A stretch of 43,648 nucleotides of DNA from Octopus bimaculoides (Eukaryota), in contig NC_068982.1 in the NCBI RefSeq assembly GCF_001194135.2, positions 166,565,620 to 166,609,267 on the forward strand. The letters run 5' to 3'. Every line of letters begins with the position of its first letter. The stretch's first letter is position 1. Below are positions 1 to 13,160 of the stretch, one piece after another. Under the pieces are notes generated by a model that worked only from the letters and a program-made list of their open reading frames with translations, made no database searches and had not been told where the DNA came from. The translations under genes and the position numbers were made by a program.

Positions 1-26
1 TCTCTCTCTCTCTCTCTTTCTCTCTT

Positions 27-57
<31 letters not shown>
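1..57. repeat. (TC)n microsatellite
   Basis: Visible directly. Confidence 0.95.
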
Positions 58-59
58 GA

Positions 60-377
60 AAGTATCTGTCATTACAGTATCGAAATGTGATTGTTTCAGT
101 TAGTAGAATAGTTTCATTTTTAAAGTGAAAGTATTTGACATGAGTGTCTTTGTTTCACTTTTGACACGTAATACTTAAATAGTGGAGGAGATATTATGTT
201 GCTGTGGGCTCGAACTCTGGAAGAAGTTAAAATTTTTTTTGACTAAAACACAACTGGAACCCTAAGTAAGGCATCTGTAAAATTTGAATGAAATTGGTTG
301 CGTAGTTCTCGAGTTTTAGGGATTCACACAGACAGACAGACAGACAGACACACATTCTCATTTTTATATATATAGAT
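60..377 (+). mobile_element. 3' end of a non-autonomous Helitron-like (Lep1/HINE-type) element
   Basis: AAATTTGAATGAAATTGGTTGCGTAGTTCTCGAG, then (CAGA)n, ending CATTTTTATATATATAGAT. This layout resembles Lep1-like rolling-circle elements (recalled, not searched). Confidence 0.45.
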
Positions 378-1752
378 AACACACGCATATATAGAGAGAG
401 AGATAAAAAGAAAGGGGAGGAATAAAATACAAACTAGAAACTAAACACTGCACAAAACATCAGTAAAAGACAAAATAACAGAAAAGATTTAAAAAAAAAC
501 AAAATCAAAATAGAATTCTAAAATATCCTAAAGAACAGAAAAAACCTCATTTCATGTCCAATACCATGTAAAACTCAATGGATAGGAAGTAAGCCAGTGT
601 GAAAGCTAAAAATGGCTCAAAAGCTCTGGGCTAAAAACAGAAATGAAAGATCTGATTTTAACTGCATGGAATCAATGCCTGACTACAAATAACAATAAGA
701 ACAAAGTGCACAGTATGCAATTAGTAGGTGACGAAGTAGCATAATCATTAAATAGAATGTTTCACAGAAATCAAGTTTGCCTTTCCTCCTTTCAGGTTTG
801 ATAAAAGGGTATCAATTCAGGGCAGTGGATTGGTGTAAATATAAGAATGTTGGACGGGATGTTTTGTGGTATTTGTTCTGACTCTTTGCATTCTGAGTTC
901 AAACTCTGCCATGGCCCACAGGGGTAGTAGACTTACCACTGCCCTGTCTAACACCACCAACCTGCATCTTGAGTGCTTTAAGCAAAGACTACTCTGTTGC
1001 AAGCATTCAATACCAAGTGTCTGGTTTGAAGGTGACTTCCCCTACTCTCCACCACCAGTCTTGAAGACCCTATAACAGGCCTTCTCTCCTGACTAAAAGA
1101 TTTAGAAAAAAGCAATCAGTACAATGAGGAAACTGACATAATTTTTTTTTGCCTAGTCTTTGCAATGTATACCCACATATAATAATGAGCCCCTAACTAC
1201 AACCACAGAGCAATATACCAACACTTCATGAAAATGGTTAAGAGGTGGTATAAATATACTGAACAGGGTACATAACAAAGCTATAGCCACAGTCATCTGG
1301 AACATGCCTCTCCAAACTGATAAGGAGATGAAAGAAAACTGTCCAACTGCAATAAGAACAGAAATGAAAATCTGTGTACACTAACAGAGATCTTGATCCT
1401 TTTCTCACCAAAGAATTACCCTATTAATAATAACCCAAAAGGAACATGAATAAAAGTAAACCATACAAGAGTTCACAGCCTGACACAAAATAGCCCTGGT
1501 AGGTACAGCCCACATCTTATACAAGACACTTTCAATTCAAAAGCACGTTTCACACAATACACTCCTTTCACAACTTGTATAGCACACAGTTCTTGGTCAT
1601 CACTCAACACACACACTGATCACTTAGTAAAATAACATAATGTATACTCTACACCAAACACTAACACAAACTCACATTGCATGTATTCTACACAGTAAAC
1701 AGACAAAACATTTGAGTGTTTTGTCTGTTTAAAGAAACAAAACTGTGTATTA

Positions 1753-2222
1753 TCATCATCATCATCATCATCATCGTCGTTTAACGTCCGCTTTCCATGC
1801 TAGCATGGGTTGGACGATTTGACTGAGGACTGGTGAAACCGGATGGCAACACCAGGCTCCAATCTAAATTTGGCAGAGTTTCTACGGCTGGATGCCCTTC
1901 CTAACGCCAACCACTCAGAGAGTGTAGTAGGTGCTTTTATGTGTCACCTGCACGAAGGCCAGTCAGGCGATACTGGCAACGGCCATGCTGGAAATGGTGT
2001 CTTTTATGTGCCACCCACACAAGCCAGTCCAGGGGCACTGCCAACGATCTCGCTCGAAAATCCTACGAAGGCCAGTCAGGCGGTACTGGCAATGGCCACG
2101 CTCAAACTGGTGCATCTTATGTGCCACCCGCACAAGAGCCAGTCCAGGGGCACTGGCAACGATCTTACTTGGCTTGCCGGGTCTTCTCACGCACAGCACA
2201 TTTCCAAGAGACAATTTGGATC
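1753..2222 (-). mobile_element. 5'-truncated RTE LINE: last ~14 codons, repeat-containing 3' UTR and (ATG)n tail
   Basis: Minus strand LWKCAVREKTRQAK*, then the same UTR and tail (GGAAGGGCATCCAG...GCATGGAAAGCGGACGTTAAAC(GAT)n) as the RT-bearing copy at 42589-43460. Confidence 0.85.
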
Positions 2223-2297
2223 CCTCCCTACCACAAAAAAAAACAATGCTGCACACACCTCAGGAACATAACAGCACAGCAGAAACATAAATGAAAT

Positions 2298-2350
2298 AAG
2301 GCAGCAAGCTGGCAGAAACGTTAGCACGCCAGGTGAAATGCTTAGCAGGA
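2298..2350 (+). mobile_element. 5' head of tRNA-like SINE family A, truncated
   Basis: GCAAGCTGGCAGAAACGTTAGCACGCCAGGTGAAATGCTTAG is nearly the reverse complement of 39790-39838. Confidence 0.7.
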
Positions 2351-2589
2351 CCCATGGATATTCCACAATTCATGTTTCTAACTTGATGCATAAAACTGAA
2401 GATTTTCATAACATTGTTTCATATGTTAAAAATTTCAATCAAGTCCTTGATTTTCTTCTATAATTAAGTTTGCTGAATGTATAAACACTAACTTGTTCTA
2501 TTATGGTGAATTTTCAGTTACTACTTAAGTCTGTTAAAAATGGCATACAAGCACATATCATGACAAGCTGAATATTATTATTATCATTG

Positions 2590-3556
2590 AACTGGCAGTC
2601 ATAACAGCATTTGTTACAATACTTTACATTTTCAGTTCAAATCCTGCCAAAGTTAACTTTGCATTTCATTCTTCAGGGATTGATAAAATAGAGTACCAAA
2701 CAAGCACTGGGGTTGGTGGTATTGACAAATCCCCTAGCTTCAAAATATTGGCCTTGTGCTTAAATCAGAAACATTATTATTATCATTATTAGGGCAGTAA
2801 TCAACTAACTCATACCCCTAAAACTTGTACCTATGTTAGATATTAAGTACTATTATTAAGGTAGAGAGCTTATCAAAAAAAAAAATATATAATGAAGTAT
2901 ATAATTTCATTTGTCTGTTCTGTCGTAGACAAGTTTACATTTCATTCTATTTAGTTGGAGGCGGTTAAATAAATATCAAGCATGTACTTGTGTCAACTAA
3001 ACCAACTGTTTTCCTCGATTCTAAAATTCATGGCTTTGAATCTTTTTTTGGCAAACAAAACATCTTGCAATATTTTTTCTAGTGCCTTATGTTCTTTGTT
3101 AAATTTTGTCGTAGTCAGCTCTGCCTTTCAACCTTCTGACATTGATAAAATAAAGTACTAGTCAAATACCAGAGACAATATAATCAACTTGCCACAAATT
3201 TGAGGCCCTGTGTTTATGCTAGAAATGAATTTTATAAAACTGGATATGTATCCTGGTTTTTAGTATCCTGGTTTTGCCCTATATCCTTGCACATTGTAAG
3301 AGGTGACCAAAGAGCAGGTAAAAAATAAAATGTGCATCGAGTCAGAAAACATAACTTTAATATGTCCCTAGCTAATCCATGCCAACATAGAAAAGTAAAC
3401 ATAAAAATGATAAAGAATTTTGTTATAGTCCTTTACATTTTAAGTTCAAATCTTGCCAGGGTTAACTTGATTGTCATCTATCTGTGTTAATAAAATAAAG
3501 TACCAGGTAGTACTGAAGTTGATTTAGTCTACTATAACCTCTCCCTACCCAAAATG
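2590..3556 (+). mobile_element. Three decayed SINE family A copies (~2590-2790, ~3060-3228, ~3415-3556)
   Basis: Each has a variant of AGTTCAAAT..GTYAACTTTGCCTTTCATCC..GATAAAATAAAGTAC. The first ends in an (ATT)n tail. Confidence 0.65.
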
Positions 3557-3901
3557 TTTAAGAAGAAAACAAATATAATTACTGTCATGTAGAGGCAAAA
3601 ATAGACCATTGGACTATAATGCTTTACAATATTTAATTTTGATCTTCTTTATCCAAAGATGACACCAGAATCTTACTGGGAAAGTGTGTGAGTGTAGAAG
3701 GAAGTCTGAGAAATAACTTGGGGCTTGTTCCAAATGATTATACCCCTCACAACTTTAGTCTTTTATCTATTTCAGCACCACCATTATCAAAATCTTCATA
3801 AGCATGGGACATGGATGTTGAATGATGATGATGATGATGATGATGATTAAATGAATGAATGAATCTGTTTTTAAACATAATCTTGGTTTGATAACACTTA
3901 C

Positions 3902-3992
3902 CCTGAAAGTGTGGCTTCTTTGATGAACACATAAGTTTTTGGAAATATTCCCCTCTCATGTTTGTTTTTAATTTTGTAACCTTTATACCACC
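3902..3992 (-). CDS. DOCK1: DOCK-family coding exon 3: C-terminal half of the SH3 domain
   Basis: Minus strand: ttttttatttgtattttAG | GG TGG TAT AAA ... CTT TCA GG | GTaagt. 91 nt, phase 1 in, phase 2 out, translating (G)WYKGYKIKNKHERGIFPKTYVFIKEATLS(G). Compare DOCK1 [27 protein letters not shown] and DOCK5 GIFPETYIHLKEAT. Confidence 0.93.
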
Positions 3993-6900
3993 CTAAAATA
4001 CAAATAAAAAAATGTATAAATGGAAGAATTCATAAAAGAGAAATGTTTCATACTTAAAAAGACAAACAAAAGGATTCTTGTTTAGCAAATAATGATGAAA
4101 GTAATGACAAGAGTAGCAAGTAAAAGTAATAAAACTGAAAATGAATTTCTATCTTGTAAAATGGACTTGTTTCAACAAACATCAACATTTGCTAACACAG
4201 TAAATAGAGAGGTAAACCAACAATAATTATATAAAGTTCCTTGAATTTGACCTCAAATTTTGGGGAGGATATGGTCAATAAAGCTCTAAAGAGGAGCAAA
4301 ATTAAATACTGAAGTGCATTTATTCCAGTGCTCAACTGTTTCTATCACATCACTTAGGAACATGACAAATTGTAGAAGAGAAAGGGAATTATTGTTTTCA
4401 AGCTCAATATATTAGAGGATACTTTTTTACTGAGCCTAGAGGGAAGGGAGATAAAGTCAAACTTGGTAGGGTTTCAATTTCAAGGTAAATCTATATTAAT
4501 AAACGTGAATTTCTGTCTGTCCAGGACCCCTGTGTCTCAGTCTACATCTGCTCTACATAGCCATATTATACCTTTTGGGAATCAGGATGATCCCGAGATT
4601 AAAATTCTGCCCTTCATTTGGTTCTTGAACATCTGGCTTTGGAATCTGAATTAAAAGCATTTGGGTTGCTATTTCTAGCTGACAAAGCTTGGCTGATTCA
4701 TGCCATCTTGGTTGGCATTTGTCAGACGATGTCAGAAATCAAGGGGTAGATAAATGACGTCCGTTTCATTAATTTTACATTGAGATGAGAACTATGGGAC
4801 AAATTGGCCAACAGTTGGAATTCAAATTGGGACTGGAACAATAGAATGATTGCGTTACAGAATTAATTCTCATCTGTCCTTAACCGCTGATCAAACACCA
4901 CCGAGGCAGATAGTCATTATAGACATATTATAGTCATGCTATTTATCTCTCTTTAGTTTTGAGCCACAGGCCCAATTAGTCCTCTGCAGGAGCTAGCCTA
5001 AAAGTCCACATGGGGTGTGTTTGAAGCTAGTAATTTAATATAATTGAAATTGTAATAAATTGGCTTTTCAGTGTAACAGCAGAGAGTATGTAGTGGAATA
5101 TGCTAGAATGGAATGAGGACATAAAATAACAATGATTTTGATATATACATATTGTTGTTTGCTTCCATTCACTAGGCAAGAAATAGCCTCAATTTCAAGC
5201 AGACACGCACTTGTTAATACAAAACAGATGCATTACAAAAATTATCATGACAAGATTATTGGATATCCTCAACTCTATGCTTTCTCCACTCATTGATCAA
5301 CTACTTTACAGAGTGCTCTAGTTGTATTATATTATAGTACCAGTACTAGAAAGGTTGTCATATCTCCATATAATAAAGCTGTTTTCTCTGCTCACTAGAG
5401 AGTGCACCTTGCACATTTCATGGTTGAACCAACATAAGAAGGGTTGCGTTGTACAAATAAATGTAAAAGGCTAGTCACTATTCTAAGAGATGTAATTTGT
5501 TCAACGTAACATGATTGAGGTGGGGGAATAGAAAGGAGAGGAAGAGAGAGTACAAATGATGACAGCAGAACCAGAATGGGTAGGTGAAAGGAACAAGAGT
5601 ATGATTGTAGAGATAGAGTGATTGGAGTGAAGGGAGGAAGTTAAGGATAATATTAGAAGTAGATATAGTCAAAAATAAGTGATGGGTGACAACAGAAATG
5701 ACTGTGGAGGCAGAGAGGAGATGAAAACTGACGCTACAGAAAAGTTGAAGGTAGTGTGTGTGTGTATACATAATAATATTTATAAAGACATGTCTCAATG
5801 TAATCTATATCTTCTAACTGAAACATGTATGACTGTACCTATATCAATGCAAACATACATGCATGATTTTCTATTAAAATATTAATCCATTATCTTCATT
5901 TTCAAATTAATCTTTCTCCATGATCTGCATCTAGTTAGTGGAGTGATGTGTGTGTGTGTGTTCACATACAGGTTACATTGTTTTAAATCTACCCTATATT
6001 GATGTGGAAAAGAGAAATTTGATTTTAGTACTGAGATTGATAAACTATATGGTAGTTTCTATTTTGCCTCTACAACACTTTATTTCCTTCTCCTTTTTGC
6101 CATCTCAAAACAGGTGCAAAGGCTTTTATGGCTTATCCAGCTTCAGCTCATCTCAGCTCAAGCATGCCTGACACAAAAGCAGCCCTTAGAATTGTTGAGG
6201 GCAACCTTGAGCTTAAGGCATAACATACTCCAATCTGATTTTGGATCACAGACACACTTGGTCATGCAGAGGTTGGATGCATAGGGTACAATGTAGTAAA
6301 AAAAATATGTAGCTTCTACTTTATTGTCCAAATGCTCTGGGGTAGTCTAACCAAGTTGCTATCATTGACATTTGACTAGATTTTTAAGACAACGTTAGCC
6401 AATTTATCCTTCTTTCAGGAAGTGATTTGTGAAAGATTATGCTTGCTATTTTTACCAGGCCAAGTAATTGTGTAGAGGTTCCTTCTTTCGTGCATCCCAA
6501 GCAGGGAAATATGGTTAGTAATACCAATCTTCAAAATAATATGAATAATGATTATTAACAATAAACAACCTCTTTTCTGAAGTAAGGTAAATATAAAGGG
6601 CTACTTACCATAAAAGTGTAGAGGCAGTTTTGCAAAGAAATATACACATGCCTGGATGTGTTATAACATGTTACATTATATAACTTTGAGCTTCACATAT
6701 ATGTTTCAAATATTCTGTTATTCTATTTTTAGCCTTTTTTTTTGTAACACTACACTAAAAGAAACATAAAGCAACCATGACTTTTATACTACTATCTTAA
6801 AAACAAATTAATTACAAAAACACACTAGTTATAAGGTTGCATGTGTTGAATCAGTGATTGTAAGATCCTAAGTTCAAAATATAACCCCAACCAAATTTTA

Positions 6901-7084
6901 AAATTATATAAGTACAAAATTGATTTTGCATTTGAGGGCTGTGAAAGGTATCTTATTGAAATGTTACTTAATTCAATTCCTGACACAGGCACATTAGCAA
7001 TAACAACGAGACAACAGTACCTTTTTCCTAATGAAAGAAGTCAGAGAGTAAAAAGAAGTTTCTAAGGTAAATTCTATGAGGCTA

Positions 7085-7900
7085 CAAAGAAATTAATTCT
7101 CTTATTGACCTTGTTACTATTCATTTTTGCAGTGATGATGATGGTGTTTTGGATATTTGATGTCGTTTTACAAAAAAGAATGAATACAAGTCTGCTAAGA
7201 AAGTAAGTGAGATATTTTTGCAACAATTCTATGTAGATGAATGCCGGTTTAAATTTTGTAAAGTTACTAGATAAAGCATGACAGGCAAATAGGTGCTTTG
7301 TGATCACAGTGGAATGCATGGTTGAGGTATTTCAATGAAAAACTTCAGAGAAGTTTGTTAAGTTATATATGATAATACTTGATAGCAATCAGGACTCAGA
7401 GATAAGGAGATGCTCTATTGCAGACACAAAATGGATGCTAAAACATTGATGGTAATGAGAAAGTGGAAGAAATATTACTAAAAAAAAAAAAAAAAAAAAA
7501 AAATGAGTCGTCAAATAGAAAACAAAATGTGTAAATTGACAACAACAATTTTTTTTTTTTTAATTAGGCATGAAGCCCTAAAGTTATGCAGTATGGGGAA
7601 ATGAGGACAATCAGCTGTTCTATTCTAACAGAGGATTGAAATTGGGTCACAGATTCCATTGCTGAGAATATACTACCATACAATTCCACTAACACGATAA
7701 ATTTCTTAATCTTCCATAACAATAAAGATGATGATGAAGATTTATAGGAGAAAGGAAGTTGAAGCATTTGAACTATTTCTAAAAGAACATTTTAGACCAA
7801 AGTGTATTCAATCGGGGAATTGAAACAAGTCACACATTACAATAAATTACTTCTTTTACCAAAGAATAAAAAGTTTTTATATATTTCTTCTATCTTGTTT
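7085..7900 (+). mobile_element. Highly decayed hAT (Ac/ZBED1-like) transposase remnant
   Basis: LVTIHFCSDDDGVL..KSAKKVSEIFLQQF resembles the hAT catalytic VTAHFIDxDW..HTAxNIAE region. SILTED*NWVTDSIAENILPY resembles LSxxEW..L..LxPF. Many stops. Confidence 0.35.
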
Positions 7901-7999
7901 ATTTATTTTTTGAAATTGGAAGATATTTTGGTATTTATTTGTCTAGTTCTATATTCACTCTACTAATCTACCACTGCTAATGATAAATAATTTCTATCA

Positions 8000-8150
8000 T
8001 TGGCACAATGGTAGAATTTTGGTATAAGGGTGCAGCCAATTTAAAATAGTCTCAATACCTGATTGGTACATATCTACCCAAAAAGAATAAAAGACAAAGT
8101 ATACTCTAACAAGACTTGAACTCATGATTTAAAGAGGCACAAGGAAGCAA
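8000..8150 (-). mobile_element. SINE family A, decayed
   Basis: Reverse-strand match to the core (CCCAAAAAGAATAAAAGACAAAGT..TTGAACTCA). Confidence 0.5.
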
Positions 8151-9894
8151 CGCAGGTATATATTCTGGTATTTTGATACCAATGGTGATAATGATTTCTA
8201 CCTTTGAAAGAAAACCACAGATTTCTAAATTTAAATAAATGAGATAGATGAAGATTTCAAAATTTTAATTGTTTTAGAGAGAATTTGTGACCAAAGTGAC
8301 TTGGAAGTTCTATGATTCTTTGTCATTGCTAATTCATGTTAAAAGAAATAAGAAAACAAAACAGATCAGTGCAACAAAAAGCATCCAGTTGTAGCATTTT
8401 CTGCTCCACTAACAAATGATCTGGTGCATAAAATGATGCCCCATTTATTGTGCAATCAGAACTGAGTTAACTTATGATGCATCTCTAGGGCAGTGACATA
8501 CATATATTTAGACAGACTTCATAACCTCCTACCAGCATAGAACATATGTTGAAATGATGACGAAGACAAATTTATGTACGGTTGTTAAAAAAAGATCTCT
8601 ATTTTTAAACTTGTATTTTATTAGCCTACTAAAATTACTAGTTTTGATATAGCATATTAGGTTTAACCTTATAATTTGTAAGATACAATGTATATACTCG
8701 CAAGTTTTGTGATGCTTATCATCAGATGGATAAAGTAGTAGGCACTATGTTTAAGAAAAAAGATATATTCACTTCTATAAAATGACAAATGTTGACCTAG
8801 TGTAGTTTTAAACCAGGAGTTCTTGTGAATTTCAGTCAAGCTTTCTACCAGCTACCTCTCTAACATAAATCTCCAAGTCCACTCAGCAACAAAAGTATGA
8901 AAAGAACCTGTCACAGACTTATTGCATTATGTTTATGAGATTTTTTAACACCATCACTTATAAATGATATAGATGACAAAATAAAAGATATTCAACTTCG
9001 CATGAATGGTGAACAAATTTTCTTCAACTTTTTATTCTTTGAAATACAGACCATATTCTTTAGCTTTAAATTTTAAGATATTTTTTCAAAAGATATGATA
9101 GTTAAAGTTAGAATGCCAACCAAATGTTAATAAAAATCATAAATATGATTCCAACATACCACACATTACACATCTGCATATTTGAAATACTGGAATTATG
9201 TGTTGCCACATTTGATTGGTTACCCTTGTATCAAAGTTATGTTTGAGTCAATGTGAGCTACTCAATAATAACAAGATATTTGAATCATATATATATGATG
9301 ATATGTGTTGTATGGTTACAGAACAGTCTGAAGTATGGTATATTTGAGATTCTTGAGAACTGCAATGAAATATATCCTGTCACTTCAATTGTATGGTACC
9401 CCTACCAAAATCAGTGAATTCTTAACAGATCAATTTTCTTAACTATAAATTAGTAGCAGAAATACATTTTTAAAGATGAAAAGGACTGTAATTAACGCAT
9501 GGCCTGGCGAAAATCATTAAAGGACAAATACCTATTTCCACAATAACGGCATAGACTGCAACATCATGAATCAACATGGGTGTTGCAAAGGATAGACTGG
9601 TTAAAAACTCAAAAGAGCATAAAGCCATGAGACTAGCCCCTTATGCATTGAGCCATTGCAAACATCAACTGCGAGACAGGGAATAAGAGAGATTCATTTT
9701 CAAAGCTTCATTAGCCATGTCTTCATGCAACTGCTTGCAAATATTTCTTTTAAAATTTATCATCAAAGAGAAAGAAAATTTATGTAGGCTGTATTATGAT
9801 TCAGTCTATAGTAAGAGTTACATACAGCCACCATTAAGTTACTAATTCAGGTTTGTTATAATCTCAGTGTAAGTAACTGATATCAATGAGAAAC

Positions 9895-9898
<4 letters not shown>

Positions 9899-9933
<35 letters not shown>
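9899..9933. repeat. (TG)n microsatellite
   Basis: Visible directly. Confidence 0.95.
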
Positions 9934-9936
<3 letters not shown>

Positions 9937-10579
9937 CATTTATCTTTGTGTATATGTATGCATGGCTCAGAGCTATTTTTAGACAAAAATATATGTGTAT
10001 TTCTGCTACTATTCTCATTAGATTATTTTGCTTGTGGCTAACTGTAGCAAAATTAAAGAGAACCATGTTAAAGAAATCTAAGCAGAAAAATAGTTAATAT
10101 TTAATTATGAAATATATCCTAAAAAAAACAGCATTTTTAACTTTCAAGTTGGCTCAATTCAAGACACACTCTATGGATAGCAGACTCTACTAAATTTCTT
10201 TTAGGATAATTTTAGGAGATTTTATAATTTATATTTTTACTCTCATAATTTTCTGTAAGCAAAAGGAAAAGAAATGAATAAAAGCAAGGTGTAAAACAAT
10301 ACTACTAGCTATATATATTTATACAGTATTTACCTTGCCTGAAGATGAAGTAAGTAATATATATGTAAACATTCATTTTATGGTAATATTATACCTCAAA
10401 TGTACCTGAGAACTTGCTAGTCTCAGAAATTGCTCACAGATTGAGCTTTATAAGTATATTTACAAGATTTAAGTATCTATGCATGCTTCTTACAAAACAA
10501 ATACAAATTGTAGTTTGTTTAAAGATGGAAAATGAGAGGGGGGTAATATATCCTCTCAAGCATGGCAGACATAATATTA

Positions 10580-11740
10580 CACACATCTGGCAACAAAAGC
10601 TATTAAGTTCCTAGATGAAGAGAATGGGACTATGGAGTCCCCAATGTAGCCAGTTTTGGTTCCATTTTCAGAGGTTGATCACTTCAATGAACAATAGCAT
10701 TTGCTTGGTAGTCAGACCAAGCAACCACTTACTGGAAAATATTTCAAAAACGTGTCCTCTCTTATCATCATGTATATCTTGGCTCTTGAACCATTTTTGT
10801 GATACCATATTCAATGAATATGAAGTGATAACAGGAACACACATTAATCCCAACTAGGAGATGAATAGGATCAGAGAGAAGCTAATAATCCAGTTGCCAT
10901 GTCCTACCCAGAAATAGGTTGAGAAGAAGCTATACCTGAAAGATTAGGCAAAGGTAATAAATGCATTGCTCTGTAATTCATTACTGTCTACTCGAGTTTT
11001 CATCTGACCAGGTTGGAATGTCTGCTTATTTGCTTCTTGCGGAATGTATACATTCCACAGGTTTAGTAAGTCTGTCTGCTGCCAATGTTGCTAATGGTAT
11101 AGCAACCCTTAGATTTTGTAGAGGGTTAGTGGTGGACAAGAACAAAAATATTTGGGTGAAGACTGTGAGTCCTTGTTATTACTTCATATTCATTGAATAT
11201 GGTATCACAAGCCCAGATATACATGAGCGATAAGAGAGGACATATTTTTGAAATGATTTCAAAATATTTCAACGGACTTTCAGCTGGGGGACTATATAGA
11301 TAACTCCCTGAAATCTTTGATTTATTTGTGAAAAACCGAGGACAGCTAGTTTAATATAAACTCTACAGGTACGATGACGCCAGTAGCTGGACGTGTTTGA
11401 GATGCATGCTGGGCAAAGAAACTATTCTGCACATACTCACTCAGCGTCCAGATTTTACTGACTTGGGCAGTTACTTCAAATAACACATTGCAAGTGGGAA
11501 GGATTTAGCTATCTACCAAGTCTACTGTAAGGATCACCATTCTACCTACCATTAACCAGGAAGGAAAAGCAGTTTTCCTCTTTAGTAGTCAAGATGAAAG
11601 AAATTATATGGTGGACAAGAGTGAAAGGACTGAAGAAAGACACTTTCTTCTTCAAACAAACTCTGATCAACTTCAAGTTCCACTTGGAGAGGAATGTGAA
11701 AATGAAGAGGCAAGTATTTCCCCTCACAGAATTTTCTGAA
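10580..11740. mobile_element. Decayed LINE reverse-transcriptase-like remnant with an internal inversion
   Basis: Weak RT-like fragments (LLAECIHST..NVANGIATL; IEYGITK; KYFPVSG). Part of the sequence is present in both orientations. Clade not assignable. Confidence 0.3.
10735..11260. repeat. Inverted repeat: arms 10735-10842 and 11165-11260
   Basis: The reverse complement of arm 1 aligns to arm 2, with core ACTTCATATTCATTGAATATGGTATCACAA identical and a ~13-nt gap in arm 2. Confidence 0.9.
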
Positions 11741-11964
11741 GGTTGGTAAGAATAGCTCTTACCCATGATAATCAAACTAATCTTGGACCTGTAAAGTTTT
11801 CTTAATTAACCCTTGATAACTGTGTTCCTATTGAGATGTCTAATTTCATTCCTTTTGTATAATGTTGTATTCCATGCCTGTTTTTTTTTTTTCTACAATC
11901 AATTAATTGTGCATACCCACCACCACCACCACCACCACCATGTAATGTCCCCTCATCCATCAAC

Positions 11965-12168
11965 CTTGAGTTATTTGTTCTAGTTCGTTATGTACCGAGT
12001 TCAAACTCCACCAGGTCAACTTTGTCTTTCATCCTTCTGGAATCTGTAAATTAAAGTATCAGTGAAGAACTGAAGCTGATTTAATTGACTACATTCTCCA
12101 TCCCTAGCCCTCACAAATTCTGACCTTGTGCCAATGTTAGAAACAATTATTATTATTATCATTATTAG
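11965..12168 (+). mobile_element. SINE family A
   Basis: GAGTTCAAACTCCACCAGGTCAACTTTGTCTTTCATCC core, GACCTTGTGCC end, (ATT)n tail. Confidence 0.75.
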
Positions 12169-12554
12169 GTGAAACACTGACCTCAAGACAACCACTGGAG
12201 GAAAAATAATGGCTTTTACTCTTCATGCAGTCCTGACACAGAAACAATAAATATTCTCAGTTAAGGATACCTATTTTTTCTGTCACGTTGTTGTTAAACC
12301 TTCAATTTGGTTGACTGAGCAAACAATCAAGCCATGACCACCTTGCTTTTTTTCTTGCCAAGATAAAATCCATCCTGAACTATGTTATATTATTTAATGT
12401 ATTATCTTTTTAAGATAGTAAAGTATGATATGAGGGAGACTGGGATACTATTTCTAGCAAGTTGAGTGACTATGTAAAGACCTACTGATATTGTTTTTGT
12501 CGTTAATATCTGGTATGGCCTTAAACTAATGTTCAAATCATTAATAATATCTAT

Positions 12555-12800
12555 TAATTGTGGGATGACGTCAGTGGTTGGGGAGCTGACCAGAAGAGGA
12601 AGGGCGCACAGGTGACGTATGAACAGGTGGGGGAAGATTGTGCCCCTTTCGATTGGGGAAGCCGTGAGTGCAGGACGTGTCAGTGCTTTGTCAAGGTGAG
12701 GGAAAGCAGCTGCTATTTTTAGCGTTTCAGGACGGGCCACGTGGAAGGATACATTACCACCTGACAGGTCTGCGCCAACGAAGAGGAGGTAGGTGTCTTA
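12555..12800. promoter_or_regulatory. CpG-rich patch with CRE and E-box motifs; candidate intronic regulatory element
   Basis: TGACGTCA 12566-12573, TGACGTAT 12613-12620, CAGGTG 12609 and 12624, CAGCTG 12707, CACGTG 12738-12743. Motifs are seen directly; function is inferred. Confidence 0.3.
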
Positions 12801-13004
12801 CTTCTAATGTCCCGCATTCACTACATCAATATTAGAGGTCGAAATGCCTGCAACATTTAGATACTTTCTGAGTTCTAATCCTGGTAAGGTAAACTTTACC
12901 TCAAAGTTTATAAGGTGAAGCACCAATCAAATACTGGAATCAATTTAATATAGCTAAAAGAATTCTGGGTGTGAATGAAATAATAATAGACATCAGTATC
13001 ATAT

Positions 13005-13160
13005 GAAGATGTTGCTTAACCCCAGGTCAACCTTGATTGAACATATTTATAGGAAAGGCTTTCCAGCTGTGACTGTCCCAACTTTTGCAGACAGTGCATT
13101 TAGGATTATAAGGGTGTTCTGTGAGGAAAATTGGCAGCTACTTTTTATTTGAATGGAAGT
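13005..13160 (-). mobile_element. 3' part of a separate SINE family (AAC-tail type), decayed
   Basis: GTTGCTTAACCCAGGTCAACCTTGATTGAAC..TTCCAGCTGTGAC matches a recalled cephalopod repeat end. Confidence 0.4.

Noticed and set aside
1843-2294. Four overlapping 97-142-aa ORFs, with similar sets at 34156-34493, 38059-38290 and 42598-42957
   Set aside because: They are open only because the RTE 3' UTR is GC-rich and repetitive; no protein motif.
3747-3959. ORF with a poly-His run overlapping exon 3
   Set aside because: It uses a different frame from the SH3 exon. The His run is the (ATG)n tail of an RTE remnant at ~3800-3848.
4465-4900. Coding-like minus-strand segment, possibly LINE RT; also 6050-6540, possibly LINE endonuclease
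   Set aside because: Motif similarity too weak to call without blastx.
7132-7200. Plus-strand exon-like segment (tttttgcAG..AAA|GTAAGT)
   Set aside because: No partner exons, and better explained as part of a decayed hAT transposase.
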